62,699 nucleotides of DNA from Phoronis australis (GCA_002633005.1 NMRA01000618.1:54420-117118), one strand, 5' to 3'; shown: positions 1 through 14,980, counted from the first letter of the stretch. Notes: a model not told the origin generated them from the letters alone. Made by a program: numbers and translations.

Positions 1-114
1 CCTGATTTCTTGAAATTTCACGTTTAAGCGCCCATGTCTGGTTAACCGCCCACCCCCGATTTTTTGGGTTCGCCAATTTAACCGCCCAGGGCGTTAACCC
101 GAACGATTACGGTA
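1..114. mobile_element. Right end of a non-autonomous DNA transposon/MITE, truncated by the window start
   Basis: Ends ...CCCGAACGATTACGGTA, a TACGGTA-type terminus with TA, preceded by repeated TTAACCGCCCA/TAAGCGCCCA subterminal motifs. The left end is not in the window. Confidence 0.45.
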
Positions 115-191
115 AGTGTAATTACCCGACCATAAACTGTATTAAACATCTCTGACTGTACATAATGGCGAATTTTCAAAGTGCATTTACC

Positions 192-354
192 AGTGGCGAA
201 CTTAGAGGGGGGCTAATGGGACCATGACTCCCCTAAAATCATCCCAGATTCCATTTGGCAGTTCGGGGGGTGGGAATGTCTGACGGGCAAAATCCTGGCT
301 AATACTCTGCCCTGACCTCCCTCCCCCCCAACTCAAAATCCTGGATACACCCTT
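192..354. mobile_element. Degenerate GC-rich hAT-like MITE
   Basis: Starts CAGTGGCGAACTTAG-G-run and ends C-run-AAAATCCTGGATACACCCTTG. The architecture resembles the element at 51649-51891. Confidence 0.35.
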
Positions 355-2271
355 GTTAACCACTAATTATAAGCGACACCACGGCGGTATTCAGTTGGAA
401 AAAAAACAACCAAGTACGGTTTTCAATTTTTAAAAATCAAACTAATAATCAAAAAACTACAACCATTGGGTACAATTGAAGATTAACTACCGCGCCTATT
501 GATTTTCTCGGTAGATATACAAACGCTGATCAGAGTTAACAATATCACATGGATTCATTTTTTTTATGTTCTTTCAATCTCATTTAACCAGATTTTTGTC
601 CAGGAAACAGTTGTACTTAACTTGTGCCCACTCTTCATTTTTTGTTACTAACAAAGAGCTAGAATAATTAAGTAGTTAGTGCCACCGAAATTGTCTAGAG
701 ATTCCAAATCTTCAGTTTGGTTATCACCATATTTGCACTTTTGTATGATTTGAGTTCTAATGAAGATTAAAGTTTAATGACACATGAAATGTTTAGTGTA
801 CCTGTAATGTGGAAAGTTTAGGGATGGGCTCACAATGAACTCAACTAATTAAGTTTAGCTGGCGATCAAAATCTACCACTGTTTTGGTACTTCAAGTTTA
901 AAACTTAGATAAAAAGTTATCAACCCATTCCCGGTAATTAAAAATCAAGTGGGCATTAAAAATTAAATAAAGAAAACTAATATGAAACTTATTGTTCCTT
1001 TGGGAAGTGGCCTTTTCTGAAGATAAACACAAGTTGACCTTTTTAGTCATTTTGTGATATTTATAATGTACCAAGTTAAAACTATTCTCCAGAATTGCAG
1101 GCTATAACTATGCAAATGTCAGAGAAAACTAAATTGGGGGTACTAACAACAACCATTGTTGAGACAGTAATGCTAGCAATTACCATTCCACTTCATTACC
1201 TCAGATCTACATCAATACAAAGGGCCTGCTGAATAGGCATCACCACTGTAAGGGAGCATGTGAGCACATGCTAATTCAGTGTTTGCTGACAGAAAGCTAT
1301 TGTGAAACAACACCTTGATTGTATCCTTTGGTCAGATATTAGGGGAATCTTTATTTAGATATTCATGTACATTATTCGAATCATTGTTACTAAGCAACTT
1401 TTGCCCTGGCAGTTTTGCTGTGCAGGGGTAACCTGACTTCGCGGCCCCCCGACGAGGTAGTAAGTAGATTTGCAGTTTTGCGACTAATTCCACAAAATAA
1501 TTACATGCACATTATTTCTTTGGCTCACTAGTATAGTCTTTTCGTGACAGGAAGTTTAGTTTCTAACTTTGGCTGGTTTATGTTGGTGATGTCTTCAGTT
1601 CGGCCGCGACGGGTCTGATAGGGTTTCGAGTCATGTTCTCCTGTCTGTATTTCACGGACGAATAATTTGAATTTATCACCAAACAGGGCCCCAAACTCCC
1701 ACGACCGACCGTGGTAAATTAGCCTACCGAACTTTGTAGGCTACGGTATGTTCCAATACCTATTAATCTGTAACAGCAAAATAAAATAACACATTTGTTC
1801 AATAACTCGATGTATTGGTAAGGGTTTTACATCGAATTTTGTTGTCATTGGTGTAAAACGATGAATTCAACGGATAAGCTAACACCAGTAAGCGTGTTGT
1901 GAACTCCTGAACAAACTGTGTTCGAACGTCATTGGTTAATTTCAGCACCTCTGTCTGCCGTCATGTGTCGGGTAAAAGAACAGCACTTGCTATTATCGAG
2001 TGGAAAAACTCGATTTAAATTGATTCAAAATAGGTTGTTTTTTAGGTGGAATTCTTCTTGAAGGCTCAGTTTGGCCAGTGTCTCGATTCTCCCGCAGTAA
2101 AAAACATCGGTGTGTGGTCGAGCACAAAGGAATTTGTGGACTAGACTGAAACGAAGAAAAGGGGGGAAAGGTGGAAGACCAGTCCATGTGCGCACAGCAA
2201 GCGAAATGCCATATTGTAACTGATTTCTTATTGTAATGTACAATGTCATTTTAGCCAAAATTATTTTATAA

Positions 2272-3546
2272 ATAATAACATTCGTCCTAATCAGCGCCCA
2301 TGCCCCTATAAGTGCACCCCACTCGTTTTCAGACATCGCTAAAATAAGCACCCAGTCCGTGAACGTGTACATATGCGAAAAATGCCTTAGCGACAGTTCT
2401 AAAATTCTACAGTAATGTCTTCAGTTTATCAAATAATATCCGACAGTCCTGAAAAAATCATTGTGCGCAGAATTTCTAGACCACGAGCCTCGCCGCTATG
2501 TTGGCATTTAGCTGTGGCTGTACACTTTAAACTTCCTGTGATTCTGAAAGTTTTGCTGATCTTGCGAGGAACAATATCCCACTATGGTCAGGCCTTTCAG
2601 AACAGATGCAATGTCCCACTATGGTCAGGCCTTTCAGAACAGATGCAATGTCCCACTATGGTCAGGCCTTTCAGAACAGATGCAATGTCCCACTAGGGTC
2701 AGGCCTTTCAGAACAGATGCAGTGTATTTGTCAACGGTATCGTATTGTATCTTTCCCGTACAGATCTTTTCCCTCAACAGGAATTGAGATTACTTTGTAC
2801 ACGTAAAACCTGCGAATCGAAACTTGACCAGTGTTTATGAGCACGTGGCCAAGAAGTGCGCGCTATGGCCTATATATATGTGGGCCTGCTACTCTGGAAA
2901 ATGAACTCTGATGACAGGCACGCGCTCGCTCGCTTGGACCCCTGTAGACTAACTTCAAAACAAATGTCACGTGACAACATGTGTATTTGTCCAGCTTTTT
3001 CTCGTGTTGCGGAGTGCGATCTAGCGCAGTTTTGAAATTACTCTGTGGTTAATCCCGACTCCATAGCAACATAAATATCTTAGGAACGCTATTTAGAAAC
3101 TTTAAGGAGGATTTCACGTTGTTGAGTCGAAACTGTATTTTTACTCAAGAATTCAAGTTGCCCTATGGACGATCGCGAGGCAGCGACGCATCAGTCAGCA
3201 AGTTTTCGCTCTGGGGATTTCATCACATTTTTTTTTTAAAAACGTAATTTAACAACAAAGTTTGATAGCAATGCCCACCACAGTTTTGTAGAAAGTCTGT
3301 CCTAGGTTACAGATACGTCACACCGTGTAAATTTGATGAATCCTAGCTTCCAATTTCACCTACACCAGTCACGGGTTCTCATTTAAGATACCCGGCAATA
3401 TCCCACGTAATCTCGCGAAGTGTTGCTTTTTAGCGAGGTCCTAGCCTCACTGAATGGGTGCCTGGTTTCAACTGCCATAGGCTACAACAAGCGCTCGCCT
3501 TCCTAAATAAATTTTCTAAGCGGCCCTTATTAGAGCGAATATGGTA
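2272..3546. mobile_element. Degenerate non-autonomous DNA transposon (~1.27 kb)
   Basis: Left AACATTCGTCCTAATCAGCGCCC roughly matches the reverse complement of right GGCCCTTATTAGAGCGAATATGGTA. The interior is CpG-richer and has no credible ORF. Confidence 0.4.
2577..2724. repeat. 37-bp minisatellite x4 (TCCCACTATGGTCAGGCCTTTCAGAACAGATGCAATG)
   Basis: Head-to-tail units start at 2577, 2614, 2651 and 2688, with no spacers. Confidence 0.95.
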
Positions 3547-6500
3547 GCCCTAATAGATGGTGACATCAACGCACGAAATGATGATTTTTATTGACACTGC
3601 CAGCAAGTTTGTGGTGACAGACGCAAACGTGCGGGTGACTGAATTTCGGGCTGTGCGAGTAGATTTGCTGGCTCACTCGCCTAGCTGGCGAGCAGGGTTT
3701 CGAAACCTTGGTATATCCCTGCTATTAACTATAACCAAACTAAAAAATTCCATATCTGAGCATGAATCGATGCGGTTAAATGGTTGTTTTCAAAGATGCC
3801 GTTGCATGGGACTTTAATTCTATTGAAATAACAGTAAACGTTTCATAGGAAATGACATGGTGGTTTTGAAACGTACTTGAAATGCTGCTCTTGTATTTTC
3901 ATTGGAGCTGGGATGTTCTGCAGGATATGAGAAGGAAATTATATAAGTTGTGCAAACTGACAGAGCCATATGGCTGATGTTTAGGCAGCTTTGGTAGAGT
4001 ACCATCAGTACCCACATTGCCATATGTCTTGGCTGGTTAGCATTCCTTACTGTGTGCATGGCCAGTCTGGGGTGTATCCAACACAAGACTCTGGCTGGAA
4101 GTAGTTTAGGCCTAGTGTTCCAGGTTTATCATCACAGCATGCCAGAACTTTGTTTTGCCTTGAAATAATCCTACTTTGGTTGGCTGCAGGGACCGTATCC
4201 AAGGGGAAAGTTCTCTTGGAGTTAGTGTCTGGTGATTAATTGGAAGATATGGTTGTGAATGTTACTGACAACATAGCATATGTTGTCAAGTCTTAACTCT
4301 TGTTATATTCTATATTCTTTGTATACACACAAATAGTCCACTTGATTATTTGGCATTAGAAAATTACTGTCATTTTAAGAACCCTATATTGGATTTTTGA
4401 TTTATCCTGATACAAGAAATATTGGTGATCAAAGCGGTTTTTAATTCAAAGCCTCAAATTTTTATTTTTGGTGGCCAATTTTAAGTATGGTGTTGTACAA
4501 ATCCTAGAGACTGGCAAAAGCATTGTGTCAAACTTTTGAAACTTATGAAGGCCGTATTGTTATATAAAAATGTTTACAAGAAGGGTTTCATATCTTTTAC
4601 AGTTGTGTTGCGTTCACACAAGAGTGGCAAAAATACCCATGGGTTTTGAGTGGCGAAAACACTAGGGTTTCATCTAGTCAGACACTGCCCTTTAAAGGGT
4701 CATGTTTGCCTCCCGTATCATTTTTAAACCTCTTTGCTATGATCTCGTCAATCTAATGATCGCGATATCACTATTTCCTAGATGGCAGTATTACAAAAGG
4801 CATCTTGAATATCGTAAGGGGAAAGTTTTCTGCAGAACATGACCATGGCGCTTATTTGTACTTTTTAGTCATGTGCGCGTGAAATACAACAGGTAAACTG
4901 GGATATGGTAACCATGTGAAAATACCCAGCGCCGGAGTAATACAATGGAGTGTACAGTGAAGTGGGGATGGAAGTATGTTGTGCCTGTCAAAAGGCGGGA
5001 CTTTCTGTTGCTGTGTCTGGACGCACCTTCAAAAAAATGAGACTGTTATTAACTGTGCTATTTCCTTTCACACGTGTGTCCTTTGAAATAACCAGTACAG
5101 TGCCAGCAAAATAATCCCTGCTATCGTTCAAATTATCGGCTAGCCATTTCACGTTTTGTGGAAACTCAAGCCAGTGCAGCGCCAACATAAATAAGTTAAG
5201 CTAGCGTATCCCATAAAAAGTGTATAATTCTACCAGGTCAAATATTTTTTCCTTCTCATTCTTTGTAGTTGCAATATACACATTTAATGATCTGATACTA
5301 TTCTAAACAAAAGTGTGTAATTTCAAGAGGTGGTGTAACCTTTTAGTTCCAATGTTTCTTTTTTCTCTTAGTCACTGTGTATGCATCTAAAACTGTCTGG
5401 CAGTGCTGTGTGTAAGCTATTCACCTAGGCCTGCTTCTGACTCACTTAGGCGTTATTTACATTATGTTACTGTTGGTGAATCAGTTGACAATTCTTTGAA
5501 ACTGATTCAGTTTTAACTGGAAGTGTAGGTAATGTTGGTCCATCCTGGTTACGAAAAACGTAGAAAATAACAAAAAATAATTTTCATACAAGGCGTTGTC
5601 ATTTACATTGAATTTAAGGCAAACACTCATGGAAAGTTGCATTGGTGAAAAAAGTGCATTTCTGGAGTAATATTGTAAGTCTATGCATTTTATTAGCATA
5701 TCTTATCTCTTGTCTTTTTGTGGGAAAGGCAACTCATTGAAAGTAAAAGTTAAATCCTATAATACCAGAGTGTGAAATTAGAATATTGAGGAACCAATGT
5801 ATTTCCTTTATGAGGACCTGATGAGGTGACCTTGATATTCCTTTTTTTCCATGTGTTTACGACATGCCCATAATAACGCAGTCTGTTTTTGTCGAGGCAA
5901 AATACCAATTTTCTCCAATACTCTTTTTTCCTGTTGTATCCCAAAGTTTCAAAATTAGACCGGAACTTTAATTACGAAGATTTGGAACCCAGGTCGTTAT
6001 GTTGTTTTTCAGGCCTCAGAATGTGACAACAAGTGAATCTGAGCATAATTACCAGAATTAAAATGCCCTGTAATATTTTGATGTTCACACAAGGTATTCA
6101 GCCACTGAAAAGCGAAAGATTAATTTTGTTAATTAATTAAGTGCAAAAGGTAGAGGAGTTGTTACAACCATTTATCTAGCTGTACCGCAGTTGAGTGTCT
6201 TCATGGCTGTCAAATCTTGTAGTTATTAGACGAAAAGAATTATTTCCTTATGGTTGTTTAATATCCAAAGCATTTAATCCAAGGCATACTGTAGTGTCAG
6301 TTTCCTGCACTGGTGTCTCCTAAACACAGGACAGGCTGGTTTTGGCTTTGGATACGCCCCCTCGCCTGTGTGGTTAACCAACCAGGGATGATGTCATCAA
6401 CAGAAGCTAGTTCACCTCCAGAAAGTTGGGCACACTGGATTAGTTTAGACTAGAGTTGTGTGTGTATGAAGTCAGTCAAGGACTAGCTCCAGAACTGGAG

Positions 6501-6557
6501 TAAACTGAGGCGCAGTTTTTACTTCATTTTGTCTTTTTCTAGTTTTTATTTCTGAAA

Positions 6558-6590
6558 ATGGCTTCTACTTTAAAAGCACCCGCAGGAAAG
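6558..6590 (+). CDS. RAPGEF1: Candidate first coding exon of RAPGEF1/C3G (MASTLKAPAGK)
   Basis: AAAATGG start context and strong AAG|GTGAGA donor. Its phase 0 matches the phase-0 exon at 24920. No homology support is recognisable for so short a peptide. Confidence 0.45.
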
Positions 6591-9500
6591 GTGAGATTTT
6601 TACTTCTGCTCAAGACGCAGCATATTGTTTTGTTACCATTTGTTTCTGTCAAAGTTTTGTTTGTTTGCAGTGATTAGGGCCAAATAGTCCCACAGTGTTG
6701 TACATGGTGTCTGTATGGTTTAATGTCAATGGAAATGGGCTTTTAGCAGTTTGGTTATAGTTTCCAGGGCTCCTTTCAGTAACCAGGAAATTATAACTAT
6801 GCTTTGTATTTGTTGTTTTTTTGAAAGATGTTGGTCTTTTGGTACGATCTTTTGGAAACTGCAGGCCACTGGTTTTCTAGAACTTTTGCTTATCATTTTA
6901 AACTTGTGTGAAGGTTTACTGAGGATTTGAATCAAATTGATAAACATGGATGATTTTCTGATGTGAAAATGGAAATTCTTCTAAAACATTATCAGAATGT
7001 TTCGAGGTGCACAGCTTCCAGGTAGAATCATGTAGAAGTGGTTTGGTTTTTCAATATAAAAACATGTGATGTTGAGTATATGTTTTGTCAAATGTTGCGG
7101 GGGGGGGNGGGGGGGCAAGGGCTTTACTCAGATATAGGCTTGAGGCGATGACTGAAAGAACACAAACAATACGTTGTACATGGACTATACTCCCAATAGT
7201 GCTATTGGTGGTGAGGTGAGGCAAGTTCATTCATGTATTTTTTTACCTAAGTGTGTGTCAGAATCAGGTTATCCACACTGTATTTACAACAGATAGCTTT
7301 GTCCTGGATTGTCATGTCTGAATAGACCCATTTACCCTCTCTGTCATTTCTAGGCCACTGTGAAGGTTAACTTTGGTTTTATTGTCCTGTCATGAGTCAT
7401 TTCCCCTCCCCCCTTTTCCTCAAGTTTTGTCTGGTATCTGTGATTATTAGCTGGTACAAAAGTTTTTAAAATGAACTGGACAGAGCTCTCAGTCAGCACT
7501 GCCAAATTTGGACGAACTTCTTACCAGAATTATATGGGTGTTTATCGCATTATTAAAACATTGTTTCGCTGAAGTTTAATTAAAGTTTGATGCGATGTTA
7601 AACTGTGCCTAGTCACAGTGTTGTTTACATTATGCAAATAGACTTGTAATATAAGTCACAGTTGGGGTGATTTTGTCCTGAATTTGCCAGAGCAAAACAT
7701 AAATGGATAGTTTGTGGCAATTTAGGGTATCAAAACTTCATCAAATTTCAATTTTATACAGTTCATGTTGAAAACTTCGAGTGTGATAGACTGAGTAGGA
7801 AAAAGTCGCACATGTTTGGACAATATAAAATCTCACCACTTTCGGGCAAAAATAATTTTGAAAATTAGCCGTTTCTAATGTTTTAATGGCTTCCAATATA
7901 TTGGTGAATGCCCACTATTTCTCACAATCCTCATCATACAGTCTGCTGTGGTTTATAAAGATGATGTGGCATTTATTAATAGTTGAAAAAAATGAAAATG
8001 TGGAATTTCACTTGTCAGCCATATTGTGTCTTTGGTGTTATTTTATGGCTTCTATAAACAGCAATCTCTAGAATAATATTCAAATTTGTCTACAATAAAA
8101 GAGGGAGCTATGAGGCTTGATGTTTTCACGGAGCTCAATGACTGCATTTTCACCTCCCAAAGTCACATATGTATTCAGTGTTTGATTTGAAAACTGACGT
8201 TTTTGACCATACCGAGCCATGAACTATTGTGGGTGACAGTTCACGCGTGATGTGATCGGCGATTGTGCTGAGGTCCAAATGGGATTGGAAAATGTACACT
8301 AAATCTTATAAAAAATGTGCAGTAACTCGCCACTAATTTCACACAAAATCAATAGGCCAAAATTGCAATTCTCCATTTTTAGGAGGCGGATCACTGCAAA
8401 TAATTGAAAATTTCCCAAAATTTGTTTTATGACATGTACAGTGAACAAACTTTGCCATAGCGTAAAGTTGTCATTATCTTTATTGTTGCATGGAAAACTT
8501 TGGCTGAAATACCATTTCAATAATGCCAGTCATATTGTGTTAAGCATTGCGGTAACATTCCGATTAAACAGCAATTTTGATCCCTGTCACAAAAATACAA
8601 TCAAAATTTGAACATATGTGAACATGCATTGAACTCGTGGCGTACTGGGGTATAAGGTTATCATAAAATTGTTGTAATTCCTTGTGTTATCTGTAGGCCA
8701 CAGCATTGGGTTGTTAAATTGATAGAGCATTGTGTGCATTGCACCATTATTATTCTTAAACGAAACTGCGTCTAACATTATTTTTAAAGAATGTACGAAT
8801 GTGCAAGTCAAAACTAGGAGATACTGAATTGTTTGCTAATAAACTCATTGTAATTTGGCCATATGGCGTTGGTGTAGGACAGGACTTGGTTAAGTAAAAC
8901 ATCAAAATTGGTATGCTGAAACTGTAACATTTCACCAATTACAAAGAAGAACAGTTTCCGAAATTAGACTTTTTCATTTTTCTAAGGTTTGTAACTCTAA
9001 TTTGTGATTTCCCAGTTTCTCAAAATGTCCGATAATCACTATGTTAGATTCATGTTTAGATTGGTAGACTTGTAGTCTGTGCTATCTTATCTTTTATGAA
9101 AAAATGGAAAAACAATTCCATATTACCTCCTGAATTGTTGAGATTCAATCACACATAAGTTTGATTTAAGCATTTTCAAAAATACCAGCAACACTGTTGT
9201 TAGTATCATGTGTCTAACTTTTATGCAACTGGGCTCTCACAAATCATTGAACTCGAAATCTAATTCAAAGTTATTTTTACTCGAAATTTCAAGTTTGCTA
9301 ATCAAATATGTGGGTTATCATGTGCGAACTTGTTCTAGAAACTCACCTGTGAAAAGTATAATATACTCGAGCACAGAATGATAGATGCTCATTTTGAGTT
9401 CCCCCAAAAGTAGAATGAAAAATGTCAGAAAAAAATTTCGACTTTGAGTTCAAGACTTAGACCTTTGTCTCGAGTGGTTTCTTGCTCACATTGGAAATGG

Positions 9501-10467
9501 TTTCTGGGCTTTAGCAGTTGCGAGGAAAGTGAAATCACCCCAGACCATGCAAAATCATAAGAGTGGCCATTTCTAAGAAAACCTAGAAAGATGGCTGCCT
9601 CTACAGTGATTGGCTGGTCAGGTTGAAATTTTGAATTGTGTGGTAGAAATGGTGAATTATGAGATACAATTCATCGCTAGTGTGGCTATTGTTCTATATT
9701 AAGTCTACTGAATGGTTATCCTGTTGTCACTGTGACTTGCTGGAAAATTTTAAACTGGTGTCATACCAGCCACTAGTTTTCGCATGTTCCGCTGGTGTGT
9801 TGTGTCATTGTGCCTCATACCATGATGAAGAACATATTCTACGAGAACTTATGAGATTTGCCTGACAGGGTAATTTTAGTTTTGGCTACAGACAAGAATA
9901 ACGACATCTTTATTTTCCTTCAGAGGTTGTGGAATAGTGGTTCTCAAAATGCAGGACGCGTGTATGGATCCTCAATTTCAGGCCAAGCTAGAACTGTTAA
10001 AATTGCTGTTTCATTTTTGCAAAGATGTGTAGGGTTGCTTCTGTTGATCTATTAACAGGACATTGTTTGATGAGATACTACCTAAGGTGAGGGAAGTTGT
10101 AAGGATTCTTTATCCAAATTTATTTGACACGCCAGTTCTGTTGCATCTTTGATTTCAGAAATACCATGGGTATTTTCCAATGGGCTTAAGGTTTCCTGTC
10201 TTTTTAAGTTCAGACACATTAAACTTTCAACTGGTTACAATTAATCGCCAGTTAACCAGAATTGTAAACCAGACCTATAGGAAATGTTATGTGTTTTGAT
10301 TAATCACTGCAAATGGGTGGAGATCTTCCAGCCTGATACTCCAGTTGTCATTGCTATTGGTTGAATGTAGGTGGCGCTTTTGAACCCACGCTTTTCCAAC
10401 TAAAACGTGGTCAATTTTGTAGGTTAAAAAGTTAAATTTTGTGATATTTAGTTCTGGCGATGGTCGC

Positions 10468-10468
<1 letters not shown>

Positions 10469-10503
<35 letters not shown>
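10469..10503. repeat. (TG)n microsatellite
   Basis: About 17 TG units. Confidence 0.95.
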
Positions 10504-10505
<2 letters not shown>

Positions 10506-13500
10506 CGAGAGAATTTCCTGAACCATATTTGCAGCTGATAGCCAAGTAGATATGACTTCTTACATAGCCACATTTGCAAAAGCCCTTTTTTCTTAGCGAT
10601 TATGTAATAAAATAGACTCTGGGCAAGAGCCTGCTCCATATTCAGCACATCTTATATGTTCATGGGCAATTTCCTACTGTTCCTACTTCCTCACGTTGGC
10701 ATGGCAACCAAGAGCAGCATAACAATTCCTACTGGCCTTAGAAAGGTGACTGAAGTTACAATACAAGACAAAAGTAATCAGACAAAATACTGTTTTCCTG
10801 TCATGACGGCAAATTTTGTCGACAGGAAAAAATGATTGGTATTGCCCATTGCGACTGCAAAATTCTAATTACTTTACTAATTTCACTGTTAATTTCCCTT
10901 TATTCTTGGTTGTGAAAGATATACCCTGATAATGAATTCGGCTTTTGCCCAGGTATCAGCACGGGAATTTCTGGCCCATTTTGTCAGAATATTTTTGGTA
11001 TGTACTGTAGGTTTATGTCAAGTGAAATGTTATTTTCTCGTAGTTTCATGCAAGATGAATATAGCTTGAAATTAGTGATTTATACTGTTCAAGTTCTGTA
11101 CCACCGCTGCCATCTGAAAATATTTTGAAAATTTGGGGACATTCACAACAAAGACCTTGCAAAACGAAAAGGGTTTATTTAGGCTTTTATGTTAGTTTGA
11201 ATTTTTTGAGATTTTGCTGCACTCAGGTGCAGCTGTGTTTGTGTATCGCAATGTGCTGGTTATTGATTCAGACATGATACTGTCTCAGGATGTGTGTATT
11301 GGCCTTTGGTCACTGAGCCTGTAGGGAATAGATTATTTTAGTATTGAACTCCCTGATACTGCTAACCGATATTTTCGTAGGATTTGATGTGTTTAGCTTG
11401 TTGTTGAGACATTCTATACAATCGAGTGTACATGTATACCGTACACATGGGTGTGATGCTTTGAAAATGATAACATGCATAATTATCTTCTAATCACCTC
11501 TGAATATTTTCAAAATTTTGATCAAAATAAAACATGTAAGGTAGAAGTGGACTGTATTCCATTCACACCATACATGTAACTGATTCGGAATATTGATTAA
11601 ACCATTCACTTTCAACTGTTCCGAAATCCGAATTACTCCTTCTGCACACATACAGTACAAGCTAAAAGTATTCAGGCAACATGAAACAGACTTCCCCATT
11701 GTAACGGCTGTGGGGAAGTCAAATTCATCGTCAGCGTAGCCGTCCATAACCATCCGTAATGTCCGGAATGTCCGTAATGTCCGGATGGGTAATTAAGAGG
11801 AAAGCTAGTGGGGGCTCCTGTCATTTTCCAATGAAATTTTGCTGCCATAATGGTTAATTTTTGTTGTTAACAGAATTAGCTGTCAATGTGAGAAAAGCCA
11901 TTTTGTCCAATTGCTTTTGTCTTGTACTGTAGGCGCATATAGGTAATGCGGAAATTCTTGGCAACATTATGGTGGACAAATGGAATTCCATTTTTGTCAA
12001 ATTTCTTAGAACAAAAGCAAAAGTTGAAAAAATTTTAGCCAATATCTTGCTTTGTTTTACACTGTGTAGATTTCGTAAAACAGCCTTTCTGTTATTTGTC
12101 AGTAGGTAACCAAAAAAAGAAAAAGGACAGTTGTGACCGTTTTGAAATAAGGGAATGCCTGGGTAGTTTGTCCAAACCACAATTGGCATGCCTCCCATCC
12201 TGAAATTACCACACAAAAAATAAATCTCCAGTTGTCTTCTTGAACTGCCTGACCTCGTTAACTCTTACAGAAGCTGGACTGCTAATGAGCCTCCATACAT
12301 TCCTGTTAACTGTCTAATGGACTAAGGATAAACTTATGTTCTGACTCTGTTGGTTGGCAATGTGTGTGTGTGTTTTTGTTTTTTTTTTTGATTCCAGTGG
12401 GTTGAATGGTGTTTGAAACATTAACTGCTCTCTGATGAGGTCATGGGTTTGTTGTCCATGGAATGCACCTAAATATCTTAGGGGTTTTGTGTTACAGTAA
12501 ATCACCATGGAATAGGCACAAAACCACTATTACGCAGCACCGTTCACAAACTCACTAAAACTAGTAGTGAAAATGCCATTCATGTGAAGGGCTTGAGTTA
12601 CCCCAAAAAACTACTGTTGTTTTCACCTGCACTTATGTATCCAACTCCCTTTGATGAAAGGATCCGTATTGACCTGGGTAATAGCGACATCATTTTGTTT
12701 TATCATCACATCTGTCAATCTATGACAGTGAGTAGCATGAGGGGGTTTTCACATCAATTTTCGCTTAAAAGTAGTTCTCGCAGTGAACAAACAAACTTAC
12801 TGACTTCTGGTCAAAATAATAGTATTGAATGATAAATCTTTATTGTAAACATCAGTCCTTGTTTACCATATAGAGCACAGGATGGCTCATACAGTCATAC
12901 ACCTACATTAGGCTCAGGGGCAGTGTCTGGTCCTCAGGAACTGAATTTGAACTCTCGCGTTGTGCTGAAGTGTTTACATTTTGGGACACCCTGTATACCA
13001 TTACCCTAGCCTTGTAACCACCAGATTGTCCTGTTTCTGATGGGACTTTTGATGGTTGGTAGAGTCTGGTAATAAATAGTTCACTGGGGGGATTCCCCTC
13101 ACCACACAGGCCACTGAGGTCATGAACTGTGACCAGAGTCTGTCTCAAGGAGTGTGTCCCTGAGTGTTTGTAATGGCTGACTCTAGAAGTGTCATTAACT
13201 TGTTTATGTTGTCCATATGTGGTGAAGCCATATCAGGATACCAGGAGAGTATCAACTGGACAAGTCTTATATTAGCTTCCAATAAGTGGCAAAAAACATT
13301 ATCAGGGTTACTGGTTAGTGAAAATGCTAGTGTTTTAGTCAGACAGACAAGCTCTCCATCAAGGAGTCATTTTCGTCAGCAGTTAGTTTGTTTCCTGTCC
13401 ACCCAGTGGGGTTTATAGTGAAATTTGATGTCAAAACCTGTCCACTGTGATACAAGTTGATTAATGTGATGATGAACAAGGGGGGCTTATTCCTTTTTGC

Positions 13501-14150
13501 ATGGGTGTCCTGTGAAGTATGTGTTCTGTGTAAAAATGTGCAGACAGAAGCGCCAGCACAAATGACACTTGTAACCATTGTTTTGGCAAGTTTATGTGGA
13601 CTAGTGAAAGTGCAAGTGGAACTGCAAGGGGGCTAATTTGTGAATGAAGTATTAGATTGCTATAGAAGACCACCAGGTTTATCACAAACACCAACTAAAG
13701 GTTAGATATCAAATTTAAATACCTAAACCATAGTTGCCAACTTACAATGATTCTGAGATATCGTGGGCATCCACAGTAGCGTTGGAAGCCTTTTGAACAA
13801 TGTCAAAAACAATTTTGGCCATAATGTTTGTCAAAAATTGGTGATATTTAATCGTACTCAGTTTTCCTGTCCGGAACAATTGTATGTACACTAGAAAAAG
13901 GTATGAGATGGTCTCTTCCTCCTTACCACAGTATAATATATTTTGAGGTAGTTAACACTGGCCTGAACTGGACCACTAATATGGTGATAAATTGACACCA
14001 TGGAGTCTACCTGTTAATGGTAACTACTGTTTACATTTATGCTTGTCAACTGGATTGTTTTGGTTTAAAGACAACTCCTGTCTCCAGTTAGCAAGTGGCA
14101 TGTCACCTGCCTATGTGGGACTGTGGACTGCCTAGTCTATGCAGTGGACT

Positions 14151-14388
14151 TTATTGAAAGACATGTCCCTGTTAACCTATATTGAAAGTCATGTCCCTAT
14201 CAAGTTATTGAAAGTCATGTCCCTATAAACTTATTGAAAGTTATGTCCCTGTCAACTTATTGAAAGACATGTTCGTGTCAAGTTATTGAAAGACGTGTCC
14301 TTGTCAACATATTGAAAGACGTGTCCTTGTCAACTTATTGAAAGACATGTCCCTGTCAACTTAGTGAAAGAGATATCCCTGTCAACTT
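14151..14388. repeat. ~26-bp minisatellite x~9 (TTATTGAAAGACATGTCCCTGTCAAC)
   Basis: Diverged tandem copies, visible directly. Confidence 0.9.
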
Positions 14389-14980
14389 TCCTACTAAGTG
14401 GAGGGACTTTTCTGGTGTAGGTTCCAAGAAAAGTGATTGCCATTGCTGAGTAAAACCTGGCATTTTAGAAGGCAATTTGATAAAACGAACTTGTCAAATA
14501 GTTGCTACTTAGACATTTTTACAGCCTGTTAACCATTTAGTTGAAAAATGAAGCCATCAAATAGGACATAAAGCATCTGCCGGATTGATTCCATAATCGG
14601 TTATGCTGTTACATTAGTGTCAGCTTTGGCGACAGCATGCCAAGTCTTGAAAGTTAAGGTTCAGCAATACAGTGATCCTGAGCATTAGTGTATTTACTGG
14701 TAGATTATGTGTTAGTGTACTAGCCAGCCCAGATATCAATAGTCTACATAAAATATATTGATCAGCTCCAGGGTGGATCTCTTGATTTACCTTGTTAGCT
14801 CATGGTACTTCATCAGTTCCATGGAGAGACTAGAGTTATGTAACACCTCATCTTATAATTACATAGGGTTTGCATGAAATGAGATGGACTTGGTGAAACT
14901 CCCCAGCCCCCTTAAAGACACTTGTTCACTTTTTACACTAGTTTAGATCAAAGATGGCTCTAACATGGGGATAGTATTAC

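Noticed and set aside
2577-2724. 37-bp repeats as a CRISPR array; repetitive ORFs at 2415-2806
   Set aside because: Units are contiguous with no unique spacers, there are no cas genes and the context is eukaryotic. The ORFs are by-products of the repeat.
7099-7115. G-runs containing 'n' (also ~55956-55968) as G-quadruplex elements
   Set aside because: These are homopolymers at assembly joins or ambiguous bases, so their length and continuity are unreliable.
11751-11786. 9-bp repeat (TCCGTAATG/TCCGGAATG) x~4 as a regulatory array
   Set aside because: Too short; more likely a subterminal repeat of a decayed transposon, and I could not define its ends.
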